DNA of 36,231 nt from positions 1 through 36,231 of the IMG/VR virus record IMGVR_UViG_3300025015_000079. One strand, given 5' to 3'. The DNA is from a virus (taxonomy: Duplodnaviria > Caudoviricetes). The position numbers and the translations under genes are program-made. The number at the start of each line of letters is the position of its first letter. Within the stretch, counting starts at the first letter, position 1. This document shows, piece after piece, positions 34,711 to 36,231 of the stretch. The notes under the pieces are model-generated. The model saw only the letters and a list, made by a program, of their open reading frames with translations. It made no database searches and was not told where the DNA came from.

Positions 34711-35118
34711 ATGGTTACCGACACAGTCACCATCGACCAGTTCATTGACAACAACGGAATCACGATCAAGGCCAAGTCCGTCGACCGCAACCCTCACATG
34801 TCCGACACGGACATGGACCACTGGAAGTGTGTGCTAGCCCGCCCCGGTAAGCGAATGACCGTCACCTTTTCGAAGGGCTACGGACACAACGGCGCGGAAC
34901 CAACCGCGGCCGAGGTCCTCGACTGCCTCGCGTCTGACGCGGCCGGACTCGACAACTCCCGCAACTTTGAGGACTGGTGTTCCGAGTACGGGTACAACGA
35001 GGACAGCCGGACAGCCTGGCGCACCTACAAGACGGTCGTGCATGAGGCCGTGCGCTTGCGTCACTTCCTGCTCGACGGCCTTTACGACCAGCTCCTGTAC
35101 CAAGTCGAACGCCAGTAA
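34711..35118 (+). CDS. conserved phage early protein
   Basis: GGAG RBS; EPT..EVLDCL.SDA....FEDWCSEYGY..DSR.A..TY. Confidence 0.7.
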   Translation: MVTDTVTIDQFIDNNGITIKAKSVDRNPHMSDTDMDHWKCVLARPGKRMTVTFSKGYGHNGAEPTAAEVLDCLASDAAGLDNSRNFEDWCSEYGYNEDSRTAWRTYKTVVHEAVRLRHFLLDGLYDQLLYQVERQ

Positions 35119-35197
35119 CTTCCCTCATGCCAGCGCGCCGGTCTCCCGTGCCGGCCGCTGGCTCCCACCAGCTCACGGGAGACGTGAGGGAACGACG

Positions 35198-35551
35198 ATG
35201 ACCACGGTGACTGATAGCAAGCGCCGCACTGGGCGGACGTACCGCATGCTCGTCGCCGCGATTGATGAAGCCCGCAAGGGTAAGTACGTGATGGTGTTCG
35301 CTGCCAGCCAAGCGCAGGCCGAAGCCCTCCAGAAACAAGCCGCGGAGCTAACGGGAACGAAACCGTACGCGACCAAGATCGCCGTTGATGACGGAGAGAT
35401 CACATTCGAGTCTGTTACTGGCGGTCAGTGGGATTGGGATTTGTGGCGAGCCCGCGGCGCGTTTCCAACAATCCCGGTCTACGTTGACCACCACGCGATT
35501 GAAAACCGCTACGCCAAGGCCCTTGCGGAATGGACGCGGTGGGACGCATGA
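35198..35551 (+). CDS. hypothetical protein with degenerate P-loop-like start
   Basis: GAGG RBS; RRTGRT..ML and YVDH motifs. Confidence 0.6.
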   Translation: MTTVTDSKRRTGRTYRMLVAAIDEARKGKYVMVFAASQAQAEALQKQAAELTGTKPYATKIAVDDGEITFESVTGGQWDWDLWRARGAFPTIPVYVDHHAIENRYAKALAEWTRWDA

Positions 35552-35793
35552 CCCCCTGGACCCCGGCCCGCATCCGCGCCCTGCGCGAGCATGCACGCCT
35601 CACCCAGCGAGACCTCGCAGAACTCTGCCGCGTCTCCGAGGCCGCCGTGTGGTTCTGGGAGGCTGGCAGGCGCGACCCCAACGTGTTCTCACAGCGGCAG
35701 CTAGACATCGTGGCGAGACGGCAGAAGTTCGCGCTTGACACCAGTGACGGGGAGCGGCAAAGTGATGGCGTCGCTTCCCGTGAGATTGTATGA
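35548..35793 (+). CDS. XRE-family HTH regulator
   Basis: IRALRE...LTQRDLAELCRVSEAAVWFWEAGRRDP. Confidence 0.88.
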   Translation: MTPWTPARIRALREHARLTQRDLAELCRVSEAAVWFWEAGRRDPNVFSQRQLDIVARRQKFALDTSDGERQSDGVASREIV

Positions 35794-35828
35794 TTCAGGT
35801 GTTCACCACCCGGCGCAAGCCGGTGCAG

Positions 35829-35890
35829 CGGGCTACCCGTCCTTACATCTCACGATGGGGGGCGACGCGGGTAGCCCGTCCTGTTTTCTG
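35829..35890 (+). terminator. long stem-loop followed by a weak T tract
   Basis: perfect 11-bp inverted repeat CGGGCTACCCG (35829-35839) / CGGGTAGCCCG (35868-35878), then TCCTGTTTTCT. Confidence 0.4.
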
Positions 35891-36231
35891 GGGCTACTCG
35901 CAACCTGGCCCGAAGGTTGTCGGGTGGGGCGGAAACCTCAGGGCGCTGGCATACCGTACAGGGGCTAACCGGCGAGCTGCACAGGTTTCGTACAGCGGGA
36001 GAACATAGTCCCAGACCGTCGAAGCTGACGAAGGGCCGCGGAAATCCGGTGACTCCCGTCGCCGTCGTGAAACCGCCTGCCGATCCCCTGGGGGGAAGGG
36101 GGGGCGTGTTCCTAGAACTTAGGGCTCCCGTACTTGCGCCCGAACAACGCGCCACTACGAGAGCGAACGGTAGTGGAAACACCGTACCGAGTCCGACGAC
36201 CAAACGGCGCGGACCAACGTGCAGATGCCGG

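Noticed and set aside
35735-35763. Promoter at TTGACA 35735
   Set aside because: No acceptable -10 at 16-18 nt spacing (CAAAGT), and it lies inside the HTH gene
36025-36075. Hammerhead ribozyme core (CTGACGA...GAAA)
   Set aside because: No stem II can be formed between the core elements

Overview
GC-rich dsDNA tailed-phage genome segment with podovirus-like architecture (no tape-measure or tail-tube gene recognised). 1-5604 (+): tightly coupled early/middle genes (DNA methyltransferase C-terminus, TnpB N-terminal remnant, PAPS-reductase-like, RusA, Ead/Ea22-like, MazG-like, DUF4326, many small ORFs). 33962 down to 5601 (-): late region with TerS, small ORFs including a Tad1-like anti-defence sponge, TerL, portal, three putative ejection proteins, a Com-like Zn ribbon, scaffold, major capsid, three paralogous virion proteins, a LamG protein, adaptor, nozzle-like protein, fibre and two free-standing HNH nucleases. 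34334-36231 (+): divergent early genes, an XRE HTH gene and a hairpin-rich non-coding tail. The main surprise is the end of the late operon, where a lysis module is common: there is no recognisable endolysin, but a four-gene cassette ending in an unannotated 45-aa TatA/B-like gene coupled to a TatC. That TatC has lost the twin-arginine signal-binding residues, kept the TatA/B docking site, and gained an RR-containing extra helix. Also notable: two copies of a covarying promoter-plus-structured-leader element with Com-type boxes, a capsid gene that appears to start at ATC, and a tRNA-like fold inside a coding gene. A Chloroflexota-like host is only a tentative inference. All family calls come from motif recognition by eye; no database search was run.
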